Positions 1 to 12,700 of a DNA stretch of 64,000 nt are shown in pieces. How positions within the stretch are numbered: the stretch's first letter is position 1; each line of letters begins with the position of its first letter. Both the position numbers and the translations under genes were made by a program. The notes beneath the pieces are model-generated. The model ran no database searches and had not been told where the DNA came from. It saw only the letters and a program-made list of their open reading frames with translations. This stretch comes from Macrostomum lignano (lineage: Eukaryota), in contig NIVC01002519.1 of assembly GCA_002269645.1 (NCBI GenBank), positions 101,358-165,357 on the forward strand, written 5' to 3'.

Positions 1-384
1 ATGAATGTGTTAAGCTAGCTGCAATATCCCAAATGTTCCACATCTAACGGGCACATTAGATTCATAAAAATAGCTCTGATCTAAAATTTCTCTTTGAAGA
101 GAGGGGTTTGATAAAGCAGGTACTCAAACAATAAAAGCACTTAAATTCATACTCAGTGCTTTGATTGAATTGAAAATAAATTGCTAGAGAAATTTTTTAA
201 CTCTTTGATCAACGGTTGCCTAGTAACCTGTAAACATTTCTCAATGCATCGAGTTGTCGATAAATGGCTCAGTAAAAGAGCCGGCGGCAGAAGCGCGGTG
301 CGACTGCTTGTGCGCCCCTTACTAGCTGCTAGAAGCGCTTCGGCTCGAGACAGACGTGTCGCTGGGAGTCCCACTAAGCCTGCT

Positions 385-1557
385 ATGGTCCTGCTACTCG
401 CTGCTCTGCTGCCACTGAGCAACACCTCCGGTTACTTCAGCTCATCGAACATAGGCATAGGAACGGGGGAGGGCAGTGGGGCGGGCCATGCCCCCCCCCC
501 CACTTTTAAAAATGGGGGGCCAGTAATGGTATCTGGCCCCTCCACATTTTAAATGTAAAATGTGGACTTCTTGTTTATTTTTGGTTTTTGCTGCTTTCCA
601 CGAATGCATTTTGCTGCAGGGCGACAAAACATAGCGCCTGCAGCGCCAAAATGAGTGCCTGCGGCGCTAAAAGGCGGGCCTGCGGCGCCAAAATAAGTGC
701 CTGCGGCGCTTTATAAAATGAGTGCTGACCAGATGGAGTCTGAAAATAATCGGTACATGATAATGTGCATTTTCCATATAAAAAAATCTAACTCGACCGG
801 GGCGTGCGCCCTGTGCGCCCCCCCCCCTAAATCCGTCACTGAACCTGCCCCCCCCACTTTTTGAAACGTTCCTACGCCTATGTCATCGAAGGCTAGCTGT
901 GCATCAGGAGCGACTTCGTTGAAACTGCTACGGAGGCCGGATCTGTGACAGCTTGCGCCATCCGATGCCATTTTAACCCGAGCTGTCAGGCGTCAGGCGT
1001 TCAGCCTGGCTGACGGTCCGTGCCAGCTGTTCGTGTTCGACAAGTGCAGCAAGTCAGTGAGGGACTGCGGCTGCTCCAGGAGAGGCCGGGTGTTTGTGAA
1101 GCAGCAGCCGGGACTCGAGGCGGGCGCGCTGTGTCCGTCTGGCTACGGAGACGACCTGTGCGGAGTGAAGTACAAGCTGCACTTTAACGCCGATTTCTGG
1201 TGGCCGAGCAGACAGAAGTGCGAGTCGGAGAGCGGTCTGGTGATCATGGCCGACGTGGTGGACGCCTCCGAGATGAGCCACGTGGAGACGATCTACAGCA
1301 AGTACAGCGCCGGATTCACGATGTGGCTCGGAGGCTACCGGACTCCCGGAAGTCCCGAGCCGAGAGGCGGCTGGCACTGGGCCAGCTGCAACATCACCAT
1401 TGACGACAGCCTGTGGAATGCGGTGGAGCCGGGCAACTTCGGGCCACATGGCGAAAATGTAATCGGCCGATATCACAATTCGAACAACCTGGCTGATTTC
1501 TGGGAGTCGTTGGAAAAGTACAGAGTGCTGTGCGAGTGCGTGTCGCCGTTTGTTTGA
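385..1557 (+). pseudogene. Secreted PAN/apple-domain + C-type lectin-domain gene, disrupted at its 5' end
   Basis: ATG 385 gives the signal-like MVLLLAALLPLSNTSG. PAN-like Cys pattern SVTACAIRCHFNPSCQAFSLADGPCQLF is broken by a 7-bp duplication (tcaggcg x2, about 986-1000), other frameshifts and a 433-bp MITE insertion. The C-type lectin domain is intact in ORF 1033-1557 (W..SRQKCE, MWLGG, WHW, WNAVEPGN, C-terminal VLCEC). Confidence 0.75.
450..882. mobile_element. hAT-type MITE inserted in the lectin coding sequence
   Basis: TIRs cataggcataggaacg (450) and cgttcctacgcctatg (ending 882). Perfect 8-bp TSD tcatcgaa at 442-449 and 883-890. Internal short gcctgcggcgc repeats and an end of another hAT-like MITE (ccccctaaatccgtcactg, about 823-841). 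Confidence 0.9.
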
Positions 1558-1967
1558 GCTGTGGAGAGGCCAATGAATCCGATCATGCAATGCTGGTTAT
1601 TAAGTTTTTAACTCAAACGCAACCTTTTAACGCAATAACCTGTCTTTTACGATAATAACCAGTCTTTTAACGCAATAACCTTTTAGCGCAATAGCCAGCC
1701 TTTTAATGAAACAACCTGTATTTTAATCACTTTGAAACTGTCTGATTATAGCAACAATGAAGTTATTCACACGCTTTCCGCAGTTTCCAGAGTTCTGAAG
1801 TTGAATTTCGAAATAAAATTCTCTCAAGTTTAAGTCTGACATATTTAAAATAACGGGGCCTGATTAGAATCTACCTGCAAACCAAATAATAAAAGAATTA
1901 ATACTTCATTTATTTCATACATTGATCATGGACAGTGCTGCCCCAGTGAGTATGGTGGGCGTTTAAT

Positions 1968-3830
1968 CAGAGAGGCGAAGACCTCCTAGCCTACGTTGCC
2001 TCTACGACCCTCGAGTTCTGCAACTCTGGGTCCACTCCTACTTTTGACAACGGACGGTGGTCGGAGGTGATCGACGCAACGCTCGCAACACCCAGGCTCT
2101 ACCTCTACAAGGCGTGGCGAGTGCTTCCAGTGTCCTAACTCTCGGATCACAAGTTCATCTCCTTCAACCTGATGGCCGCGCGTAGCGCAACTCGTGTTAC
2201 ATGGAGACGGAACGCCAGAAATACTGATTGGGAAACCTTCGGGCTCGCTCTGGAGGAATTCCATCGGTCTCCTGGCCAACCATCCACGATCACGTCGTGC
2301 CGAGAGGCGGATGAGTGCGCGACTGTGTTGACAGAAACGCTAACCGCCGCCTTTGAGGCATAAAGGTAAAAAATCTGCGCCGTGGTGGAATCCCGAGCTC
2401 GGCAATCTCCGTCGCAGAGCTAAGAGACTCCACCGCAGAGCAACTAAAACTAAGAGCCCAGCGGACCAAGCCGCCTATCATGAAGCAATTCATGAGTTTA
2501 AGAGGCAGGTTAGGAATGCAAAGGCTCAGAAATGGCGACAATACTGCCAAGAGCTAGAGGGTTCACGCCTCACCTCCAAAATTGCAAAAGCGCTTACGCT
2601 GTGATTTTCATCCCTAAGCCAGGTCGCCCGGACTACCATTATATCAAATCCTTCAGACCAATCGGCCTGACCTCCTCCCTGGTCAAGCTGATGGAGAGAC
2701 TGCCAAAGCACGGCGCCTTCTCTCTGTAGAGCTGAAGAACAAGCCCCTCAGAGGCGTTCCGAACAGCTCTTTGTGAGAGGCAAACGCACTCACATATCAC
2801 CGGATGGATCATGTACATGATTAGCCATCGCACGGCCACCGCCAGTCTGCTGGGCCACCAGAGGACGGTCCCCGTCTGCAAAGGTAGCCCGCAAGGTGGG
2901 GTGCTGTCTCCAGTTCTATGGAATATGGTCATCGATGAGCTCCTTCGGGATGCTCGGCCTGACCCCATTCTGAAAGTAGGATATGCGGACGGTGTTACCG
3001 CGGTGGCATCTGGTCCGTCCCCTGACACCCTCAGGAACCTTCTTCAGAACTTTATCTACGCCGCTGAGCAATGGGCGGATCGTTGTGGTCTAAAGCTCTC
3101 TGAGACTAACACCGCAGCGATCATGTTCACCAGCAGGACCAAGTGGCAGATTCGGCCGCTCACGCTTTACGGAAGGGAAATCCCCTTCTGCAAGCAAACT
3201 AAATGTCTAGGTATTACCCTGGACCACAGGCTGAACTGGTCACCCCATGTTCATGCAAAAGCAAAAGAGAGCCCTCGCAATCCTCGCGCAACTGCGATGA
3301 GGCTCAAAGAATTGAGAGACGGCGACGGGCTCCACGTCTTATCTGACGGCGAACCCCGCACTCTCAACCTCTTTCAGCGCTACAAGGTCACCATCCCCTC
3401 TAGGAATGTTGCCACTGACCACTGGAATTTCCAGGAGGTGCATTGCTACACGGACGGATCCATTAAAAACGGCCATGCCGGCTTTGGGGTCTGCATCATC
3501 ATCAACGGCCGCGTCATTGCCACGCATGCCCAGCACACTGGCAGACTCTCCACAGTCTTCCAGAACGAAGTCCTTGCCATCAGCTTCTGCGCTGCAGAGC
3601 TGAACTCCAAGGGTACGAGAGGAGATACTAGATTGTCATGCACTCCGATAGCAAAGCGGCCTTACTGGCCCCTCTGCCACACCACAACGAACTCCCGGAC
3701 AGTCGCCGACTGCATCCGGCAGCTCAACCTCCTGGCCAGTAGCAATATTGTCAGGCTGAAGTGGATCCCAGGGCACGCTGGGTTTCCGGGGAACGAGCTG
3801 GCAGACACCCTCGCCAATAGGGCGACCCCG
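1968..3830 (+). mobile_element. Decayed, 5'-truncated non-LTR retrotransposon (APE endonuclease end + RT + RNase H; R1/LOA/I-group type)
   Basis: APE C-terminus RGEDLLAYV..NSGSTPTF..IDATL..WRV..SDHKFI (1968-2170, one stop). RT motifs IFIPKPG..FRPIGLTSSLVKLMER, PQGGVLSPVLWN and YADG (mutated YADD). RNase H motifs YTDGS, GFGV, STVFQNEV, WIPGHAGFPGNELAD. Frameshifts and large internal deletions. Confidence 0.9.
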
Positions 3831-4507
3831 CCTCCCCGCTGTGTCTACTCTGCAGCTAAGTCAAGTAAGTCAAGATCATGGACAGCTGCAGTAAAAGGAT
3901 GCTACGATCGAGCGCACATTCGATTTCTTGTAAATGAGCAAAGACGCCGGTACGCAACGTACGAGCGTACATAACGGTATCTCCTGCAACGAGTCCATCA
4001 TCTACACCATCTGCCCTTTCAACTCATTGTTTCTTATTCACTCGACAAATTGAGCTTTCGACGGCCCCAGTCGGCTGTACTAAATCTAAACACTAACGCG
4101 AGGTCTCTCCAGTGGCCTCTGATCCTCAGGTCTCTGATTCTTGATCCACCAGCTTTCTAAGTTCCCTGGTGAATATCATCGGCATTCGGGTTTTTGGACT
4201 TGCACTGCCGCAGAACTGTCTTGTGAGTTTCAGATGCGGTCTGCTCCTTCTGCTGAATTGTGCTGTGCCATTCTGGGTTAAAGCTTCATCGATGAGCAGG
4301 GAGGGAATCCTTTGACGAGTGTCCATATACAGCATGAGGGAGGGAATCTTGTCCTTTCTTTGTCGTTGTTTCGATAATCCTCAGATTCTCTGATAATATT
4401 CTTGAGCAGAATTTAGTGCAGATATACATACGGTACCGCATGCATCGTGTCTATCATCCAGACAAATAACTCTCCTCTCTCTCCTTACTAGCTTAAGCTT
4501 GGGCCGC

Positions 4508-4640
4508 GCAATCAATCAATTAATCAACCAATCAATCAATCAATCAGTCAACCAATTAACCAACCAACTAATTGATCAATGAATTAATGAATCAATTAAC
4601 TAATCAATCAATCAATCAGTTAATCAATCAATCAATTAAT
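4508..4640. repeat. Degenerate (AATC)n microsatellite
   Basis: Visible aatc/aacc/aatt tetramer run. Confidence 0.9.
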
Positions 4641-5454
4641 TTTTTTCTCTGGATTTTCATTTCAAATCAGTCAGGTCCTAAAATATGTCGTTTTATTAAA
4701 CAAAGTAGTGTAGTGATCCGCTAGTTGGTGTTAGGCGTCGCACTAAGTCAGCAGTTTCCCTCGCCCTCGCCCTCGCCCTGGGTTGCTGTCTGCCGCTGGT
4801 CAGCTTCCCACCTCCCTTCTGTCGGTCTGTTCGTTGCCCCTTTCCCCTTTTCTGCCCGTTTTCTGCGCCCGTTTTCTGCCCGTTTTCTGAAACGTGAGCA
4901 AGTCACATGACAGATCTTGCTTTCTTGGAGTCCTAAAGTGCAGTAAACATGTTTACTGCACTCGCTGGTCTGTATTTACGGGAGAATCACGTACCTAAGG
5001 CCCTTCCCTTCTCTATAAGAAGAGGAGTGACTCATGTTTCTAAAAATAGACACTGAGTCACAGCCGTGTGCACTCTGCCTGGAGGCCCCAGTGATGTCAG
5101 TTCTAAAAATAGAACAAAGTCACGAGGTCTTGTGCGTTAGGGCAGTGGTGAATCCCGCGCTATAAATGCAGACCCCCTTCACCCTTGGTTCAATCAAGGA
5201 GGCTTCAATCAAGGAGGCTTCAATCAAGGAGGCTTCAAATTTCCGAGTTCAGTGCGCGAACGCCTGTTCTGTGTCTGAGTACGTTTGACCCATTGCTATT
5301 GGTCTGAATGAGACCCACCTAAGCCAACCCCAAGCCTACGAGAGGCTAACACAGCCCTCCCATCCACCCACCGAGCCCGGCAGGATCTGCTGACGAGACG
5401 CCCTGTACGTTGAGCGACGTTCAAAACTGAATGTGAAGGAGAGAAGCAAAGATT

Positions 5455-5680
5455 TTAGGCGTTGTGAAATTTAGGCGATATGAAATTTAGGCGTTGTGAA
5501 GGAGGCTGCATATATTTTAGGCGTTGTGAAATTTAGGCGATATGAAATTTAGGCGATATGAAATTTAGGCGTTGTGAAGGAGGCTGCATATATTTTAGGC
5601 GTTGTGAAATTTAGGCGTTATGAAATTTAGGTGATGTGAAGTCATGTGCATTAGGCGTTGTGAAATTTAGGTCTTATGAA
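5455..5680. repeat. 16-bp minisatellite (tttaggcgttgtgaaa / tttaggcgatatgaaa)
   Basis: About 12 tandem units with two ggaggctgcatat interruptions. Confidence 0.85.
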
Positions 5681-6793
5681 GCGCCCCCCCCCCCAAATAT
5701 GCACACGCTGCTGAGTTCGTTGACTTGTACTTCTTTCGTTCCGACGGGAAGCTGACCTCACCGAAGGCCGAGACCTGAAGGAACTGGTGACAGCACTAAC
5801 TACGCTACTAAGAGCTAAAAAGGCTTCCGATAGAAGAGGCTCGAGACTTAAGGTAAACTATAAAGTGCCTAAACCGGGAAGCCAACGGCGTCTACTTCAG
5901 TAGCAAGATCTCAGAACTCTTTGTTTAAAATCAGCCGAGTAAATTGTAGCTATTGCCATTTAATTTTGCGTGCTTTTCAAATATGATATATATTTTTTAT
6001 ATTATATTGGAGCAGACAGGGACACCACAAAAAAACAAAAATATTTTAATTTTCTTATGGTTTTTAAAAACGTGTTTTCCTCCATCAATTTTTTGCCACG
6101 CTGATACAAAATAATTTTCTATAACTAGATGAAAATAAAATATATATGCTTAAGATTAGGATTCTGTTCAAACAAATTGTGTAAAACTTTAGAGAGATTC
6201 TTGTCAATCAATAAAATAAAAATGGGAGCTATAGTTTGTTGCTGAGAAACATGTAAACAAGTAAAAAAATGATTGCGCGCTTTTCCACAAACAATTGATT
6301 TGAGAAAACGTTATTCAGTTGCCACGCTGTTACGGCTCGTACTTTGTGGCGCTGTTTGTCCAGTGAAAAATATTTCGAATTTTGCTTAGACTAACCATCA
6401 AACCTACATGCACATTTAAAGTAGTAAACTTAGGAAAAAGTATATCTATGCAACAGTCCGTACTACGTACTGTTCTGGTTAGTTAGACTAAAAATACGAA
6501 ACTAAAGAGAAACTGGTTGCGAAATTACCAGCAAAAAAAGATCCATCACACAAAAACATTTGCACATTATATTGACTATAGGGACAAAGGAATGAAAAAC
6601 ACTGACATCAAGGAGTTTTTTAGAGACTAAAGACGCACTTTCACGGGAACAAACGATAAATAACAAATGACTAATCAACAATCAATGCGCTATTCATTGA
6701 GATCTGAGACTTAGTCATGAGACTTTCCGTTAAGAAATATAATTATCTAAAGGAGGAAACTTTGTTTCACAATTTGCGATTTACAATCAGCCG

Positions 6794-9700
6794 TCACATT
6801 GGTTTGTCCAGTGCGTCCAAATAGTTTTCATTGATTACCTTTGGTATTAGAAGGTGTCTGAAATTTTTAGATGAAAGCTTCTTGTACTCCTGTTCAATAA
6901 CATAGCTATCATTCAACAAAGCTTTACGATTATATCATATCATGACAATGTATACGTAAATGTTAATTGCGAGCTGCGCTTCACAATGCCCTTTGCCCCG
7001 AGTCCCAACCGGCTCCACCTCTCCTCTCCCTGCCGCTTGCGCATCCTGATCTGCCTCTGTCTTTCTTGTTGTTCCGCCATTCTTGTTGTCATTTTAGTTT
7101 TATCGTAGTTTGTATTTTGATTGGCTGGATCCCGTTTCCGTTTCTCTCTCGTTTGGGCTAGTCCAAATCAGGTCTCTAGCCGTGGAGGCTCCTGATTGGC
7201 TAGCCTCCCTCCTTCTTTCTCTCTCGCCCTTCAACTCTGTGAGTTTTGTCCCCAACCCCAGCCCTGTGTGACTTTGCCCCAACCCCCCCTGCATGTGTAA
7301 CTTTGCCCCCACCCCCAGCCCTGTGTGACTTTGCCCCAACCCCCCCTGCATGTGTAACTTTGCCCCCACCCCCAGCCCTGTGTGACTTTGCCCCAACCCC
7401 CAGCCCTGTGTGACTTTGCCTCAACCCCCAGCCCTGCTCTCACCCCACCGTGTGCAGTATTTATGTGCACGCACTACTCTCCCTCCACCCCTCTATAGTC
7501 CTTCGCGTGCTTAAGTTAGTGAAAGAAAGGTGAGATATTCATCAGAAATATATAATTCTACAAAGAAGCGAAGCGAAGTCAGCTGTTCATGAGCGCATCG
7601 AGTAACCTCTCCCGGTAAGAAAGTGTTACTCTTTATTTATTTATCCCTATCTACTTCTGAATTCTTTCCTTCCCGTCGCAGTCTTAACTCGGATCTGCGA
7701 AGTGTCTGTACGCCTCCAGACCCTTGTTCACCTCTCAAGTGTCTGTACACTTGTCCGCACCTCCCTCTTGTCGTAGGGCTGGACGAGTGTCCGTAAACGT
7801 TCCCAGCCCATCCACTTCCGCTCCGAAGTGCCCATACGTATATAGAGATCGATGTAATATATTTATTTTTTTAGAGGCAGGGGGGTTGTGTGCACCCTGG
7901 CGCACTTTAAGCGACATAGGCACACAACCGGCGAGAGGCATTACTGCCCATTCCGCCGACTCCCCTGAGCAGGCACACAAGCGCGCGGATACGTACGCAG
8001 GCACACACTCACACAGGAGTGTACAGCGGCCCTAACTTTATATTATCGTTAGGCATGTACACTTCACTGCGCCTTGGGGGGTTGGCTCTCAAGGCCGTTA
8101 ATTGCACGAGCAGAGCCAAGCCGAGATTCCAATTCAGCCCCAAATTAATGTGACTGCACTTGGAATCGAGCCTGGGTCGCTGGCACACCAGTGCAGCTGC
8201 GCTACCGCTGGGCTACGGCCCCCTGATGTAATATATGATATACAATATAATTATTGCTACGTTTGTTGCTACTCACACTTTCGACGAGGGTCTTAAAATG
8301 CAAAAACAATTAAAACAAGTTATACCGATAGCTATATTGAATATTAACCTGGCGAGTAGTACAGTAAACTATAAGCGCTTACTGCATATCTCTGTAATTG
8401 GTTCTGCACTCACCTGACAGGCATCTGCAGCAGTAAAATGACTGGGAATCCCAGCTTAGCATAGGCAATGCTGTTAAAACCCAAAGCGCACAGAACTAGC
8501 ACTTGCAGCAGTTGCAAGCAGGTGAAGATGTGCACCTTGCGTTGCGGCACTCGCCTCAGAAAGTGAGAGGGCGGATAGGCGGCCTGAAACAAGTTTTCAA
8601 AGTACTTATTGAACTTATAATCAACACTATAGTGAGCAAAAACAAAACAATCACTTGTGCAGTAAGGCTCATATTCTGTTCTATTGCATTTTCGTAAGTC
8701 AAATTCCCGCCAAATAACAGTTACACGAATATTTTGTTTTAATATGATATTTGTTTTAACGTAGTAACTTTTTAGCGAGTCGAATAATTTGTTTTTTTAA
8801 ACTAAATGTTTGTTTAAACGAATGTAACGCGAGCCAATAGAGGTTTCAGTTAGTATAAATCTATTAGTAATTAATATAGTAGTCAGCAGTGGCACTGGAG
8901 CTACCAGGGTAACTCGTACTGACGATAACCCATACATATAGGCATAATTATTAGGATTCCTAGGGTTAGAAATAATAAACTTAGTACAATTAGTGGAGTC
9001 TTAATAGAGAGAAGTTTAGCCCTAGTACAACTTGGTGGCATTAGTAACTAGGCAAAATTACACCTGTAACACTTGTTTATTTGCAATTGAAAGTCCAGAA
9101 TTGGTATGATATTGGAGAATTTTTATGTTTACTTAAAAATCTGAGATAATTTTCTATCTCTTTAATGCAGCGAAATTTCCTCCATATGCGAGTGTAAAAC
9201 CGTCCTTTAGCCTTAAATTTTCCATGCTTATAATGTACAACTACACGAGTATATGATTATTTCTGGCGTGTATTATAATTTTTAACATAAAGTAAAATCC
9301 TGTTATTACTGGATGACGCGTATCGAACTCTCACACTGAATGCAAGCTTTCTTGTTTATTATTTGAGCAAACCATATTATTTGTCCAAACTACAGTGTGT
9401 ATACGAGGCAGTCAAAACGTCTATTCTACGCGATACTCCGTGTGTGTGCACCCCATTAATTAACTTGCTGAATAGCCGGCATAACACCCCCCATACCTGC
9501 TCCGTAAACAATAGCAGAGTCCGCTCGAACAGCTGATTCCCAATCAGAGCCGTGATGGCCATGCAGATGAACAGGCCATCCAGCACTGGCACTGGGATGA
9601 ACTGCAACGGCAGCGGGCACATCAGCAGGGACAGACCAATCAGTAGACTCGAAACGATGCCCGTGACGCGAGTCTCGCGAACTCTGACCACCCTGTCAGC

Positions 9701-12700
9701 AGTTTGAGGGTATAATCCGATTGTTACTCATGGTAGTTACTGGCAGCATAAGGCTCTTTTATACTAGCCTAATTCTCTGTTGGCACATTCGATTTTTTAC
9801 CAAGGACGACTTAAGTAGAAGGACGGGAAACCTCGTTTCTTAGAAAATTTTTGAAGGCACTTTTTTCCGTAAAAATACACTGCGGAGATAGGAAATTTTC
9901 ATTTTTTCAGCACAAAAATTGCTATTACTTTTGATAGGAGGCAGATCCAGTGTTCATCTTTTGATATGTTGTGCCTTTCTTATTGCTCTATCGATATTTA
10001 TAAGGCTTTTCGTTCAGAAAATTAGATTTCTATGTTAATTTTTTATTTTACGTATATTTCCACGCGTCTTGTGCTTGAAATACATTAAGACTGCCACGGC
10101 TCGGCTCTTTGGTTTCATAAGTCTATTTTGTCATTCTTACCCGACTGTGTAGCAAATATTCGTAACAGAGATGATAAAATAGATTCATAAAACCAAATAT
10201 TGGAGCTGTGTCATGCATTTTTGTGATTTTCAGGTACAGGAAATATACGTAGAATCAAAAATTAACATAGAAATCTAATTTTCTGAACGAAAAGCCTTAT
10301 AAATATCGATAGAGCAATAAAAAAGGCACAACATATCAAAAGATGAACACTGGATCTGCCTCCCATCAAAAGTAATAGCAATTTTTGTGCTGAAAAAATG
10401 AAAATCTCCTATCTCCGCAGTGTATTTTTACGGAAAAAGTGCCTTCAAAAATTTTCTAAGAAACGAGGTTTCCCGTCCTTCTACTTAAGTCGTCCTTGGT
10501 TTTTACATGCCCGTTCTAGTGCAGATCTTAGCGCAAGTTTTAGCTTGTTTTCAGTCCTCCGATTAGCCACTTAAGCTCCGCCTGAAATCCAAAGCACACT
10601 GAAAAAACCCACTGGCTGCAGAGCGGCCATAGACAATTCTAACCCCAGATTCACTCATCCCGAGCCTACCGGATAGGACCATGTACATGTAGACAAAGTC
10701 GAAGACTCTGATAAAATCTGTGTTCTTGAGTCTATGGTGGAGAGCAAAAAAGAGACAGAAAGAAGTCTCTTTCGTGAAGCTGAACTGTCACTCTGTTTTC
10801 TTTACTAAATTTTATCTGTTCATTGCATACATAACTCATTGTGTCATGCTGTACGCTCATTATTCCACGCTTAGGGATCATTATTTTAGGCTTTTAAAAA
10901 TACATTCATGAGACAATGTGTTTGTGTATATGGTTTTGTCATAGACAATGATAAATTTTAGTCACTCGTGGCTTCGCCACTCGTGAAAATTTTATCATTG
11001 TCTACCTCCAAAACCATATACACAATCTATCATTGCTGCTCCAACTTCGTAGCTTCGTTTGTTTGTGCCTGTTCTGTTTTCCTATCTAACAGCAAAATAA
11101 TTGTTTCTTTTAGGTGACATTACATAATTAATATGCAAGAAATGCTTTTCCTAGGACCCAGTCTAAATTTTCTGCTTTTCTATCTCAACGACTCTGATCG
11201 TCCTGAGTCGACGACTCTTTTTCTCCTCTGATCAGCCATATCGGGGATTTTCAGAGTGACCGATTGGGTTCGATTGCACAAAAATCTCACAAAGACGCAT
11301 CTAACGAGTTCGTACTATTCTAAAAAAATAAAATTATTGAGGGTCATCCCGCGGGGTTGCCGTCATAAACCCGAAAAATCACAACTCCAAAAGCACTTCC
11401 CATCATAAACCCGAAATATCATAACTCCAAAGACCAAAATAGTGTTGGACATTGCTAGAACTTTCGGAGTCATGTGTGGTATTTCGGGTTTGTGATATTT
11501 CGGGTTTGTGATATTTCGGGTTTGTGATATTTCGGGTTTGTGATATTTCGGGTTTGTGATATTTCGGGTTTGTGATATTTCGGATTTATGATATTTCGAG
11601 TTTATGATATTTCGGGTTTGTGATATTTCGGGTTTATGATTTTTCGAGTTTATGATATTTCGGGTTTGTGATATTTCGGGTTTATGATTTTTCGGGTTTG
11701 TGATGTAAAGCGCTTTTTAGAGGTGTGATTTTTCGGGTTTGTGATGCCCCCCCACCCCACGGAGGGATGGGAGGGTGGGAGAGTGGTCAACCCACAGGGG
11801 GTAGGAGGGTGGTCACCCGGGGACAGCAGCCCCTCTGCCCCCCTCCCCTGCGCCGCCACTGCTTGTTTTTAATGCTTTTCTAAAAGAAACATGACCTCAT
11901 ATTGACCTCCCCTGCATGGTTGGCATCTGCTTCATTGCAGTTAGGGCAGTAAACGTCTCAATCTCAAATGCCAGGTAACTGAAATACCGAATTACCAGTC
12001 TCAACTTTGCTGTAAAAGTCTTTTCGACTGCTTGCGGCTAATTTATGACCTTGATGAATGCCTGCTAAAGAAATTTTTACTGCCTAGTTAAACGAATATA
12101 CAGTGAATCGATTTTGTCAAAATGTAGAGCCTTACGTCTGGTGAACATGCTGGCCAAAATCGATTCGCTCTTCTAGGTCGGCCAGCGCCTTCACGTGCAG
12201 CGGCGAATGAGGCAGAGCGCCGTGCACCCAGGGCAGCCCGAAACAGGACAGGCAGCCGTTGATGATGGCCACTACCATCAGGTCCCAGTGGTAGGCTGAG
12301 CCTTTGCGAAGTCTGTTGATGAGGGTTAAAAATGTTACGACGAAATACGCTTTATTCTTAGCAGGTTCGGTAATGGTGATTTTTGGTTTCGGTAGTTGGT
12401 GATTGTCGGTTTTGTATTGGTGATTGTCGGTTTTGTATTGGTGATTGTCGGTTTTGTATTGGTGATTGTCGGTTTTTGTATTGGTGATTGTCGGTTTTGT
12501 ATTGGTGATTGTCGGTTTTGTATTGGTGATTGTCGGTTTTTGTATTGGTGATTGTCGGTTTTGTATTGGTGATTGTCGGTTTTTGTATCGGTAATTTTCG
12601 GTTTTGGTAGTTGGTGATTGTCGGTTTCGGTAATGGTGATTGTCGGTTTTGTATTGGTGATTGTCGGTTTTGTATTGGTGATTGTCGGTTTTGTATTGGT

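Noticed and set aside
4126-4400. IPSLLIDEAL as a Penelope GIY-YIG C-terminal remnant
   Set aside because: Similarity too short and weak, with no other Penelope motifs.
4937-4962. Palindrome as a Helitron 3' hairpin
   Set aside because: No CTRR terminus at the expected distance and no matching 5' TC end found.
7575-7625. [10 protein letters not shown] as the last SLC4A11 exon
   Set aside because: No acceptor; the true terminal exon [21 protein letters not shown] is at 6857-6794 with the correct phase.
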